NCBI GenBank assembly: GCA_944358625.1
Contig: CALVRL010000001.1
Span: forward strand, 1 to 56,342
Length of the DNA stretch: 56,342 nt
Source of the DNA: an uncultured Bacilli bacterium
GTDB lineage: Bacteria; Bacillota_I; Bacilli_A; RF39; UBA660
Direction of reading: 5' to 3'
Of the stretch, positions 17,972-27,334 are shown piece by piece (position 1 is the first letter of the stretch; the number at the start of each line of letters is the position of its first letter). Under the pieces are notes generated by a model. That model was not told where the DNA came from. It saw only the letters and a program-made list of their open reading frames with translations, and did not search any database. The translations under genes were made by a program, and so were the position numbers.

Positions 17972-18118
17972 ATGGACGCTTTAACATTCATTAATCAAAA
18001 TTATAATGGAACTAATATCGAAGCCACTAAAACTACCGGTATAAAAAGCATTTATGCTAATAATTTAGACTGCAATTGCGTAGATAGTGACTGTTCTACT
18101 GAAACATACGAATATTAA
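17972..18118 (+). CDS. candidate RiPP precursor peptide (48 aa), absent from the ORF track
   Basis: MDALTFINQNYNGTNIEATKTTGIKSIYANNLDCNCVDSDCSTETYEY. The SD AGGAGGTGA embeds the rSAM stop codon and the ATG follows 4 nt later. A hairpin terminator lies downstream. Confidence 0.6.
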   Translation: MDALTFINQNYNGTNIEATKTTGIKSIYANNLDCNCVDSDCSTETYEY

Positions 18119-18143
18119 TAAAGTCCATTTAATTTTAAGGGTT

Positions 18144-18171
18144 AAGACTGTAATTATTTCAGTCTTTTTAT
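18144..18171 (+). terminator. intrinsic terminator after the small peptide ORF
   Basis: AAGACTG (18144-18150) pairs with CAGTCTT (18160-18166) around a 9-nt loop, followed by TTTTA. Confidence 0.5.
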
Positions 18172-18188
18172 TATATATTATAACCATT

Positions 18189-18246
18189 AAAGTAAAAACT
18201 GATAGAAATGTCAAAGTAAAAACTGATAAAAATGTCAAAGTAAAAG
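18189..18246. repeat. 24-bp tandem direct repeat, 2.4 copies
   Basis: AAAGTAAAAACTGATAGAAATGTC, then AAAGTAAAAACTGATAAAAATGTC, then AAAGTAAAAG. There is one mismatch between the full copies. Confidence 0.85.
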
Positions 18247-18430
18247 TTTATAATTTTATAGTTTTTGTAATTTACATTTACATATATTTACAAAACAATT
18301 TTATAAGATTTTTAAGCATCCTTTTTAACATTAATCTCTATGTTAAAATAAAATCAAAGGAGGTCTTTTTATCTATGTAAATTCTAACGACTATTTAATA
18401 TACCAAAATCAAAATGGAGTTTATAGTTTA

Positions 18431-18808
18431 TTGTTAGGGGGGAATGGACTATCTGCACATAATTTAATAGATTTAATGAATAAATTAAAGGTAGAAAATA
18501 AAATTCCAATTACAGCGGAAATTATACCTACTATATTACCTTCAGCGCCAACACCAGAAATGAAAATGCAAAGAATAGATGAAATCACAACTCAAAGCGG
18601 AGATTTAATCATTACAACAATGGATGGGCAAAATTATATTTTTAAAGACAGTTATGGACACACAGTAGATTTAGTAATTTCCGGCCAATTTGAGCCAGAA
18701 AATATAGATTATGAGGATATAAGAAGACCTAATATATTTGAGGAAGATACTAATATGTTTGAAGATGGTATTAATTTAGATAATTCACACCATCACAAAA
18801 CCAGATAG
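18431..18808 (+). CDS. hypothetical protein (125 aa from TTG; frame open back to 18329)
   Basis: ORF with a protein-like, acidic C-terminal half and no recognised family. The start is uncertain: TTG at 18431 lies 11 nt after GGAG, while a strong SD at 18356-18364 is followed in-frame only by ATC at 18371. Confidence 0.5.
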   Translation: MLGGNGLSAHNLIDLMNKLKVENKIPITAEIIPTILPSAPTPEMKMQRIDEITTQSGDLIITTMDGQNYIFKDSYGHTVDLVISGQFEPENIDYEDIRRPNIFEEDTNMFEDGINLDNSHHHKTR

Positions 18809-18857
18809 CTAGCAAAAACTGGCTTTTTTTAGTATAATGAAAAAGGAGGTAAGACAT

Positions 18858-19697
18858 ATGGAATATTCTCCTAATAAAATGAAAGAAGAATTAACTAAGG
18901 AAAATTTTAATTTTAAAAAGAAATTTGGTCAAAATTTTATTGTGGATGAAAATATTATTAACAATATAATAAATAAATCGAATATTGATAAAGAAACATT
19001 AGTAATTGAAATAGGCCCAGGAGCAGGTTCATTAACCAGCGAATTAGGAAAAGTAGCTAAAAATGTTATAGCCTACGAGATAGATAAAACGCTAAAACCA
19101 ATATTAGAAAAAAACATTCAAAGTAATACAGAAATAATATATGAAGATTTCTTAAAAAGAAATATTTCAGAAGATTTAAAAAAATATAACTATAAAAAAA
19201 TATATGTAGTAGCTAACCTCCCCTATTATATTACAACACCAATAATAATCAAATTAATAGAAGATAAATTAAACATAGATAAAATAGTAGTAATGGTTCA
19301 AAAAGAAGTTGGAGATAGATTCAAAGCAAAACCAAACACCAAAGAATATAATTCTCTATCGATATTTTTAAATTATTACTATACTGTGGAAAAACTATTA
19401 GATGTTAGTAAAAATGTTTTCATACCAAAACCAAATGTCGATAGTATAGTCATATCACTTACTAAAAAAGAAGATAAAATAAAAGTTGATAATGAAAAAT
19501 TATTTTTTAAATTAGTAAGAGATTCATTCAAACAAAAAAGAAAAACATTAAAAAATAATCTAAAAGGATATAACTTAAAAAAAATAGAAGAAATTTTAAA
19601 AAAACACAATTTAGATTTAACAATAAGGGCCGAGGCCTTACCCATAGAAATATTTGCCGAAATAGCAAATAATTTAAAAGAAGGAGACGAAAAATGA
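18858..19697 (+). CDS. rsmA: 16S rRNA (adenine1518/1519-N6)-dimethyltransferase
   Basis: FGQNFI, EIGPGAGSLT and NLPYYITTPI motifs. ATG at 18858 follows AAGGAGGT. Confidence 0.9.
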   Translation: MEYSPNKMKEELTKENFNFKKKFGQNFIVDENIINNIINKSNIDKETLVIEIGPGAGSLTSELGKVAKNVIAYEIDKTLKPILEKNIQSNTEIIYEDFLKRNISEDLKKYNYKKIYVVANLPYYITTPIIIKLIEDKLNIDKIVVMVQKEVGDRFKAKPNTKEYNSLSIFLNYYYTVEKLLDVSKNVFIPKPNVDSIVISLTKKEDKIKVDNEKLFFKLVRDSFKQKRKTLKNNLKGYNLKKIEEILKKHNLDLTIRAEALPIEIFAEIANNLKEGDEK

Positions 19698-20029
19698 ATA
19701 TAAAAAAAGTAAATATAGCAGTAACAATACCTCCCCAATATTTAGAACAATTTAGAAAAAGCATATTAGAAGAAGGAGCGGGAATAATAGAAAATTATAC
19801 ATTTTGTTCAGTTAGTACAAAATGTACAGGAACATTTATTGCAAATGAACATGCCAACCCATATATCGGAGTAAAGGGAAAACTAATATATGTAGAAGAA
19901 GAAAAATTAGAAGTAATATGTGATATAAAAAACGTTAAAAAAGTTATAAAAAAAATAAAAGAAATTCATCCATATGAAACACCAGTTATTGATATCATAC
20001 CATTACTTGATGAAGAAGATTTTAAATGA
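19694..20029 (+). CDS. small PII-like/Nif3-insert-like protein (COG3323-type)
   Basis: 111 aa with HPYETPVIDIIPL near the C-terminus, as in YqfO/Nif3 cap-domain stand-alone proteins. ATGA overlap with rsmA. Confidence 0.6.
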   Translation: MNIKKVNIAVTIPPQYLEQFRKSILEEGAGIIENYTFCSVSTKCTGTFIANEHANPYIGVKGKLIYVEEEKLEVICDIKNVKKVIKKIKEIHPYETPVIDIIPLLDEEDFK

Positions 20030-20039
20030 AAGAATAAAT

Positions 20040-21245
20040 ATGGAAAATAAAATAAATAAATTTTTAAAAGTATATCCATGGTATTATGGTTTATCATGTT
20101 GGCTTATTTTTTATGATATTTTAAATACCATATATCTTACAGCAGTAAAAAATTTAACCGCCTCAGAATTTACATTACTAACTTCAATTGGTTTATTAAC
20201 AAGTATTATTCTTTTATCCCCTACTCTAAAAATAATAAAAAAAATAGGCAATACTATTTCACTTAGATTAGGAAATTTTATGTTTATTATAGCAACTATA
20301 CTTCTTATTTTCTGTAATTCATTTATAGGACTTTCTCTAGGTCAAATTTTATATGAAATTTCTTTCCTATTTAAGACAATGTTGTTAGTTGAATTAAGAA
20401 AAAATCTTATTTATATAAACAAAGAAAATAAATTTATAGAATATGGAAACAAAGCCTCTATGAAATATTATGTAGTAGCGCTCATCTCAGGTTTAATCGC
20501 AGGTCCTATATTTAATATAAATCACTATTTACCAATGTATATTTCACTTATTATAACTTTTATTTGTTTTTATCTATCATTTTATCTTTTTGATGTAACA
20601 GAATATGATAATACCTATAAAATAGAAAAAAACGCAAATATTAAAATAAAAAAAATTTGGTCAATTTTATCCATAATATTACTTATTACATTTGGATTAG
20701 AAACAGGAATAATTGATATAGGAATAGATCAAGCAAAACTTTTTATTCAATACAGTTTAACAAATAAAATAAATATTAAAATAATTGCCATAATTATAAG
20801 TATAGTAGTAGCATTATCTAATATACCAGCCATATTAGGTACTAAATTTTTTCCCAAAATATATGATAAAATAAAAGACAAATCAGGTTATTTATTAAGT
20901 TTCCTATTAATTTTATCATTCACTTTATTGTTAATAGGAGGTTTTATAAATGCCCCGCTTATTATAAAAATCATATTAATGGCTATAGGATACATCTTAA
21001 TAGTCATGTTAAAAGGTCCATACACAGTATATTTAGAAGATTTAATATTAAAAAATGGAAAAGGTTTAGAACAAGATTTAACTATGTATTTTACTTTAGC
21101 TAGAAATCTAGGAGGAGCTATCATAAGTGCGTTAGCATCCATAATATTAATTTATCATTCGATAACTCATGTAATATGGTTATTACTATTAATAAGTATA
21201 ATTGAAACATATTTATTTTATAAAGTTAATAAATTACTTAAATAA
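20040..21245 (+). CDS. polytopic membrane protein, MFS-like transporter
   Basis: About 11-12 hydrophobic helices. The start is ambiguous among 19974, 20010 and 20040; I chose 20040 because it does not overlap the upstream gene. Confidence 0.6.
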   Translation: MENKINKFLKVYPWYYGLSCWLIFYDILNTIYLTAVKNLTASEFTLLTSIGLLTSIILLSPTLKIIKKIGNTISLRLGNFMFIIATILLIFCNSFIGLSLGQILYEISFLFKTMLLVELRKNLIYINKENKFIEYGNKASMKYYVVALISGLIAGPIFNINHYLPMYISLIITFICFYLSFYLFDVTEYDNTYKIEKNANIKIKKIWSILSIILLITFGLETGIIDIGIDQAKLFIQYSLTNKINIKIIAIIISIVVALSNIPAILGTKFFPKIYDKIKDKSGYLLSFLLILSFTLLLIGGFINAPLIIKIILMAIGYILIVMLKGPYTVYLEDLILKNGKGLEQDLTMYFTLARNLGGAIISALASIILIYHSITHVIWLLLLISIIETYLFYKVNKLLK

Positions 21246-21319
21246 TTACCCAAAAGGTAGTTTTTTTCTTTTATTTTAAAATAAAAAATGTTACAATATA
21301 TCCCGAAAGAGGTGTTTCC

Positions 21320-21985
21320 ATGATTAATAAAAAATGGGATGAATTATTAAAAGATGAATTTAAAAAACCATATTTTAAAAAATTAGGTATATTTGTTAAA
21401 AATGAATATGGAAAAAAGATCGTATATCCAGAATATAAAAATATATTTAATGCTTTAAGATTCACAGATTATGACGAAGTAAAAGTAGTAATTTTAGGTC
21501 AAGACCCATATCACGGACCCAAAGAAGCACATGGACTATCATTTTCAGTAGAAGAAGGAGTAAAAAGACCCCCATCATTAGATAATATATTCAAAGAATT
21601 AAAAAACGATTTAGGAGTAACTAGAACAAATAACAACCTAACAGACTGGGCTAAACAAGGAGTATTCTTACTAAACTCAATCATGACAGTTGTCAAAGAT
21701 ACTCCCCTATCCCACAAAGACAAAGGCTGGGAAACATTCACCGATAACCTAATAAAATTATTAAACAAAAGAGAAAAACCAATAGTCTTTATATTATGGG
21801 GTAGCTATGCCAGAAGTAAAAAAGTATTAATTACAAATCCAAATCATTATATTGTGGAAAGTCCTCATCCTTCTCCCCTATCCGCCCATAGAGGTTTCTT
21901 TGGAAGTAAACCATTTTCTAAAACCAACAACTTTTTAGTATCCAAAGGAATTAAACCAATAAAATGGGGTGATGAAGATGAATGA
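21320..21985 (+). CDS. ung: uracil-DNA glycosylase (family 1)
   Basis: VVILGQDPYHG, GVFLLN and HPSPLSA motifs. SD AGAGGTG. Confidence 0.92.
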   Translation: MINKKWDELLKDEFKKPYFKKLGIFVKNEYGKKIVYPEYKNIFNALRFTDYDEVKVVILGQDPYHGPKEAHGLSFSVEEGVKRPPSLDNIFKELKNDLGVTRTNNNLTDWAKQGVFLLNSIMTVVKDTPLSHKDKGWETFTDNLIKLLNKREKPIVFILWGSYARSKKVLITNPNHYIVESPHPSPLSAHRGFFGSKPFSKTNNFLVSKGIKPIKWGDEDE

Positions 21986-23303
21986 TATTTTAGAAAAATT
22001 AAAAAACTTACCAAATGATATTTCCATAGTTATAGCCGTATCAGGTGGTCCAGATTCCATGGCTTTATTAAATCTCTTAAATGTTATAAAAAAAGAAAAA
22101 AACATAAAAATAATATGTGCTCATGTCAATCATAATTTAAGAAAAGAAAGTAAAGCAGAAGCCAAAATGGTAAAAGATTACTGCAAACAAAAAAGTATCA
22201 TCTATGAATATATGGAAATAAAAGAATACAAAGGAAACACCGAAAACTATGCCAGAGAAAAAAGATACGAATTTTTTGAAAATTTACTAAAAAAATATAA
22301 TTCAAAATATTTATTCACCGCCCATCACGGAGATGATCTAATAGAAACAGTCATTATGCGTTTAATCAGAAGTTCATCACTAAAAGGTTATAGCGCTTTT
22401 AGTGAAATAACAGAAAAAAAAGATTACAAAATATATAGACCATTAATCACAAAAACCAAAGAAGAAATATTTAACTATGTAAAAAATAATAATCTCCCCT
22501 ACGCTATAGACAAAACAAACGATAGTGATTTTTTCACAAGAAATAGAATAAGAAAATACATCTTACCAAGACTAAAAGAAGAAAACAAAAACGTACATTT
22601 AAAATTTTTAGAATTTAGTAAAACATTAAATGAAACCGAAAAATATTTAAAAAAACAAACCGAAAAAGCCTTATCAAAAATATATATAGCTAAAAAAATA
22701 GATATAAATTCATTTAAAAAAGAAGATTTATTAGTGCAAAAAAGAATAATACACCATATTTTAAATGAAACATATAAAGAAAACATCACAAAAATAAAAG
22801 ATGTACATGTCAATAACATTTTATCCACAGTAAAAAATAGTACCTCAAACAGTAAAATAAATCTGCCAGATAATAAAATATTTATAAAATCATATAATAA
22901 TGCATGGATAGAAGAAAACAAAGAAACAAAAAATTATGATATCATTTTAAATGATATTGTAGAGTTACCAAACGGTTATATAATAGAAATAATTAAAGAA
23001 ACAGAAAATAATTCAAATTATGTTACAAAAATAAACACCCAAGAAATAAACATGCCAATTCATATAAGAACAAGAAAAGAAGGTGACAAACTAACACTAA
23101 AAGGTTTAAACAAAGAAAAAAAACTAAAAGATATATTCATTGATGAAAAAGTGCCTATAGAAAAAAGAAAAACATGGCCAGTAGTAACCGATGATAAAGA
23201 TAATATAATTTGGCTTCCAGGCTTAAAAAAAACTAAATTTGATAGAGCAAAAACAAAAAACTATGATATAATAATTAGGTATCGAAAGAAAGGAAGTTTG
23301 TAA
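21978..23303 (+). CDS. tilS: tRNA(Ile)-lysidine synthase
   Basis: PP-loop AVSGGPDSMAL and TAHHGDD. ATG at 21978 lies 5 nt after GGGGTGA. Confidence 0.9.
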   Translation: MNDILEKLKNLPNDISIVIAVSGGPDSMALLNLLNVIKKEKNIKIICAHVNHNLRKESKAEAKMVKDYCKQKSIIYEYMEIKEYKGNTENYAREKRYEFFENLLKKYNSKYLFTAHHGDDLIETVIMRLIRSSSLKGYSAFSEITEKKDYKIYRPLITKTKEEIFNYVKNNNLPYAIDKTNDSDFFTRNRIRKYILPRLKEENKNVHLKFLEFSKTLNETEKYLKKQTEKALSKIYIAKKIDINSFKKEDLLVQKRIIHHILNETYKENITKIKDVHVNNILSTVKNSTSNSKINLPDNKIFIKSYNNAWIEENKETKNYDIILNDIVELPNGYIIEIIKETENNSNYVTKINTQEINMPIHIRTRKEGDKLTLKGLNKEKKLKDIFIDEKVPIEKRKTWPVVTDDKDNIIWLPGLKKTKFDRAKTKNYDIIIRYRKKGSL

Positions 23304-25333
23304 TGAATAAAAAAGTTGTTAAAAGAGGATTATTTCCTTATTTATTTCTAGCAGTTTTCTTATTTTGTATGTATTTATTAGTAGGTACAATGAATACAAA
23401 AGTAAATGAACTAACATATGGTGAGTTCATGGAAGCTGTCGAAAATAAAGAAGTAAAAGAAATAAATGTCACACCAAATAGTCAAAGTACAGTTTATACA
23501 ATTAGAGGTAAATTAAAAGACTATGCTGAAAATGAAACATTCTCATTTAATATGCCTTTAACAAACGAGACTATGGTAAAACTATTAGACGCCGAAGACC
23601 AAGCCGGGTTTAAATTAACAACATCAACAGACCCAAGTTCTTCACCATTCTTATTATTTTTAATAAACATATTACCAATGGTAATAATAGTAGGAGTAGG
23701 ATTCTACTTCATAACAAAACAAATGGGTTCAGGAAGTAAATCAATGGATTTCGGTAGATCTAAAGCCAGATTAAGCGGTGGAGAGACAAAAGTAACATTC
23801 AAAGATGTTGCTGGACTAGAAGAAGAAAAAGAAGAAATGTCAGAACTAATCGATTTCTTAAAAAGCCCTAAAAAATTCCAAAAAATGGGAGCTAGAATTC
23901 CAAAAGGAGTTTTATTAGTAGGTCCTCCAGGAACAGGTAAAACCTTACTAGCAAAAGCCGTAGCCGGAGAAGCAAACGTACCATTTTATTTCATAAGTGG
24001 TTCAGAGTTTGTCGAATTATTCGTAGGTGTAGGAGCATCAAGAGTAAGAGACATGTTCAAACAAGCCAAACAAAGTGCCCCTTGTCTAGTATTCATAGAC
24101 GAAATAGACGCTGTAGGTAGACAAAGAGGAGCAGGTTTAGGCGGTGGACATGATGAAAGAGAGCAAACATTAAACCAATTATTAACCGAAATGGATGGAT
24201 TTGGAGCAAACGAAGGAATAATAATTATAGCTGCAACTAATAGACCAGACGTTTTAGATCCAGCCCTTTTAAGACCAGGAAGATTTGATAGACAAGTTAC
24301 AGTTAATTATCCAGACGCTAAAGGAAGAGAAGAAATACTAGCAGTTCATGCTAAAGGAAAAACATTTGCGCCAAACATAACTTTAAAAAATATTGCCAAA
24401 CGTACAGTAGGTTTTAGTGGAGCAGATCTAGAAAACTTACTTAACGAAGCAGCTTTACTAACAGTTAGAAGAAATAAAAACGCTATTACAATGGCTGAAA
24501 TAGACGAAGCACATGATAGAGTATTAATGGGACCAGCCAAGAAAAGTCACAAATATACAGAAAAAGAAAAACGTACAGTTGCTTATCACGAAGCCGGTCA
24601 TGCCGTAGTTGGTATAAAATTAGATGGTGCTAACGATGTTCAAAAAATAACAATAATACCAAGAGGAAGAGCAGGAGGATACAACCTAATGCTTCCAAAA
24701 GAAGAGACATATTTAAGAACAAAGAAAGAATTATTAGATTCAATAAGTGGTTTTCTAGCAGGACGTGTTGCCGAAGAAATAATGTTCAATGAAGTAACAA
24801 CAGGAGCTCAAAACGATTTTGAACAAGCAACTAAAATAGCTAGAGCTATGGTTACCGAATACGGTATGAGTGATTTAGGACCAATTCAATTTGAAGAAGA
24901 GCAATCAAGTGTATTTTTAGGAAGAGATTACAACAAAGCTCAAAATTTCTCACACGAAGTTGCTAAACAAATAGATGAAGAAGTTAGAAAAATAATCACA
25001 AATCAATATCAAGTAACGAAAAAGATAATCAAAGAAAATTTAGATTTATTAAAATTAATAGCCGAAACCTTACTTGAATATGAAACAATTACTAAAGAAC
25101 AAATCGATTATTTAGTTAAAAATGGTAAAATGCCAGAAGATGATATCAAAGCTCACGAAGAATTCAAAAAAGAAATAAAAGAAGAAACAAAAGAAGATAT
25201 CCAAGTAGCTAAATTAGAAGATTTAACTTTAGAAGATTTAAAAGATATAGCTAAAGAAGAAGGAATAAAAGACTATTACAAATTAAATAAAAAAGAATTA
25301 CTTGATAAATTAAAAGAAAAGCAAGACAAATAG
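23303..25333 (+). CDS. ftsH: ATP-dependent zinc metalloprotease FtsH
   Basis: Walker [12 protein letters not shown] region, Zn motif HEAGHA, and two N-terminal TM segments. tilS-ftsH synteny is conserved. Confidence 0.97.
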   Translation: MNKKVVKRGLFPYLFLAVFLFCMYLLVGTMNTKVNELTYGEFMEAVENKEVKEINVTPNSQSTVYTIRGKLKDYAENETFSFNMPLTNETMVKLLDAEDQAGFKLTTSTDPSSSPFLLFLINILPMVIIVGVGFYFITKQMGSGSKSMDFGRSKARLSGGETKVTFKDVAGLEEEKEEMSELIDFLKSPKKFQKMGARIPKGVLLVGPPGTGKTLLAKAVAGEANVPFYFISGSEFVELFVGVGASRVRDMFKQAKQSAPCLVFIDEIDAVGRQRGAGLGGGHDEREQTLNQLLTEMDGFGANEGIIIIAATNRPDVLDPALLRPGRFDRQVTVNYPDAKGREEILAVHAKGKTFAPNITLKNIAKRTVGFSGADLENLLNEAALLTVRRNKNAITMAEIDEAHDRVLMGPAKKSHKYTEKEKRTVAYHEAGHAVVGIKLDGANDVQKITIIPRGRAGGYNLMLPKEETYLRTKKELLDSISGFLAGRVAEEIMFNEVTTGAQNDFEQATKIARAMVTEYGMSDLGPIQFEEEQSSVFLGRDYNKAQNFSHEVAKQIDEEVRKIITNQYQVTKKIIKENLDLLKLIAETLLEYETITKEQIDYLVKNGKMPEDDIKAHEEFKKEIKEETKEDIQVAKLEDLTLEDLKDIAKEEGIKDYYKLNKKELLDKLKEKQDK

Positions 25334-25344
25334 TCTTGTTTTTT
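25322..25344 (+). terminator. intrinsic terminator after ftsH
   Basis: CAAGAC-AAATA-GTCTTG followed by T6. It overlaps the stop codon. Confidence 0.7.
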
Positions 25345-25369
25345 GGTACAATATTATAGGTGATTAAAG

Positions 25370-26758
25370 ATGTACGATGTAATTATAGTAGGAGCAGGAC
25401 CAGCAGGTTTATTTACAGCTTACGAATTGATTAAAAATAATAAAAAATTAAATATCTTATTATTAGATGAAGGAAAATTTGCAGAAAAAAGATTCTGCCC
25501 AATGTCTAAAACAGGTAAATGTGTAAATTGTAATCCATGTAATATACTATCAGGCTATGGTGGAGCCGGAACATTTTCAGATGGAAAGTTAAACTTCATA
25601 CCCAAATTAGGGAAAAGTGATTTATTCAAATACATGGATGAAAACGAAGCAAATAAATTAATAGATGACTGTGAAGAAATATTTAAAGAATTTAAAATGG
25701 ATAGTAAAATATATCCATCAAATCAAGAAGAAGCAAACGAAATAAAAAGTAAAGTTGCCCTAGCAGGAGCTAGATTACTATTGATAAAACAAAAACATTT
25801 AGGAAGTGACAAATTACCAGGATATATCGAAAGTTTTACAAAATATTTAAAAGAAAAAGGCATTCACTTACTAGATCAAACAAAAGTAGAAGACATAAAA
25901 AGTATCTCTAAAAATGAACACGAATTAATATGCAAAAATAAAAATAAAAAAGAAACATATAAAGCAAGAAAAGTAGTAATAGCCCCAGGAAGAACAGGAG
26001 CTAAATGGGTTCAAACATTAGCCGATAAATACAAAATACCATATCTATCACAAAGTATAGAAATAGGAGTTAGAGTAGAAGTCAGAAAAGAAATATTAGA
26101 AAAACTATGTAGTGTCATATATGATCCAACCATTTTTATAAAAACAGATACATATAATGATGAAATAAGAACGTTCTGTACAAATCCAGGAGGTTTTGTA
26201 GCTAAAGAAAATTACTATGGTTATATATGTGTTAATGGACATGCCCTAAAAGACATAAAATCAAATAACAGTAATTTTGCATTCATATCAAAAGTAAATT
26301 TAACAGAACCAGTTACAAATACAAGAGAATACGGAGAAAGTATTGCTCATATAGCCAACGTACTAGGTGATGGAAAACCAATTATCCAAACATTAAAAGA
26401 TTTAAAACAAGGAAGAAGAAGTAATTGGAATAGAATAAATAAAGGATTTATTACCCCTACCCTAAAAGACTGTGTAGCTGGTGATCTAGCGCTCATTTTA
26501 CCATATAGAATAATAAAAAATATCATAGAAGGATTAGATAAATTAAATGAAATAGTTCCAGGAGTTAACAACGGAGAAACATTACTATATGGACCAGAAA
26601 TAAAATTCTTCAGTAACGAAATAGAAACAAATAATAAATTTAAATTAAAAGATTATGATGTTTACTTTATAGGAGATGGAGCTGGAAAAGCTGGAAATAT
26701 TGTAACAGCAGCTGCCACAGGTTTAGTAGCTGCAAGAGATATATTAGACCAAAATTAA
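25370..26758 (+). CDS. FAD-dependent oxidoreductase (COG2509-like)
   Basis: N-terminal Rossmann motif VIIVGAGPAGLF and C-terminal GDGAGKAGNIVTAAATG. Confidence 0.8.
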   Translation: MYDVIIVGAGPAGLFTAYELIKNNKKLNILLLDEGKFAEKRFCPMSKTGKCVNCNPCNILSGYGGAGTFSDGKLNFIPKLGKSDLFKYMDENEANKLIDDCEEIFKEFKMDSKIYPSNQEEANEIKSKVALAGARLLLIKQKHLGSDKLPGYIESFTKYLKEKGIHLLDQTKVEDIKSISKNEHELICKNKNKKETYKARKVVIAPGRTGAKWVQTLADKYKIPYLSQSIEIGVRVEVRKEILEKLCSVIYDPTIFIKTDTYNDEIRTFCTNPGGFVAKENYYGYICVNGHALKDIKSNNSNFAFISKVNLTEPVTNTREYGESIAHIANVLGDGKPIIQTLKDLKQGRRSNWNRINKGFITPTLKDCVAGDLALILPYRIIKNIIEGLDKLNEIVPGVNNGETLLYGPEIKFFSNEIETNNKFKLKDYDVYFIGDGAGKAGNIVTAAATGLVAARDILDQN

Positions 26759-26774
26759 CTTTTTGGTTTTTTTT
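26749..26774 (+). terminator. weak AT-rich hairpin plus T8 after the FAD protein gene
   Basis: CCAAAA (26749-26754) pairs with TTTTGG (26761-26766), then T8. Confidence 0.45.
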
Positions 26775-26777
26775 AAA

Positions 26778-26800
26778 TAAAAAAAGGGTCAAAACCCTTT
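26778..26800 (-). terminator. intrinsic terminator for the nitroreductase gene
   Basis: AAAGGG (26783-26788) pairs with CCCTTT (26795-26800). A T-run follows on the minus strand. Confidence 0.6.
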
Positions 26801-27284
26801 AAATATAATTAACATCAATTTTATGTTCAGTAATATGACTACCATCCGCATAACCCAAACCAACACCAACGATAGGAACAAAACCAAGAGGTAAGTTAAG
26901 TTTATTTAAAATATCACTATTTTTAATTAAACCAATAACCAAATTTAAATAAATGGAAGCCAAACCCAAATCAGTAGCCGCAAGAAGCATATTCATAGCA
27001 ACGCAAGCACTATTTTCCTTATCCAAACCATGACCATCATCTTTAGCAGAAATAATCACTAAAGTAGGGGCATTATAAAATACACTTCTATCAACAAGTT
27101 TATTAATTTCATCTAATAAATTTTTATCTTGAATAACAGTAATATGCATATCTTCATATCTACCTCTACCAACAGGAGCTTGCATTCCCGCTTTCAAAAT
27201 CCTATCTAAATCTTCGTTACCTATTTGTTTTTCTAAAAATTTTCTATTAGAAAAACGCTTATTAATTACATCAAACAATTCCAT
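26799..27284 (-). CDS. nitroreductase-family protein
   Basis: N-terminal KRFSNRKF motif (RxSxRxF type), 161 aa, typical of the small NfnB/NfsA-fold family. Confidence 0.8.
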   Translation of the reverse strand: MELFDVINKRFSNRKFLEKQIGNEDLDRILKAGMQAPVGRGRYEDMHITVIQDKNLLDEINKLVDRSVFYNAPTLVIISAKDDGHGLDKENSACVAMNMLLAATDLGLASIYLNLVIGLIKNSDILNKLNLPLGFVPIVGVGLGYADGSHITEHKIDVNYI

Positions 27285-27334
27285 AGTATCACTCTCCTAC
27301 TCTAATTATATTACTAAAGAACAATAAATGCATT

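Noticed and set aside
18087-18380. 97-aa plus-strand ORF spanning the terminator and the 24-bp tandem repeats
   Set aside because: It starts inside the peptide ORF in another frame and reads through a terminator hairpin. Its repetitive KVKTDRNVKVKTDKNVKV is simply the translated DNA repeat. There is no SD.
19974-20039. Upstream ATG starts (19974, 20010) for the MFS-like membrane protein
   Set aside because: They would overlap the preceding gene by 20-56 nt and add a non-hydrophobic, poorly plausible N-terminus. The true start remains uncertain.
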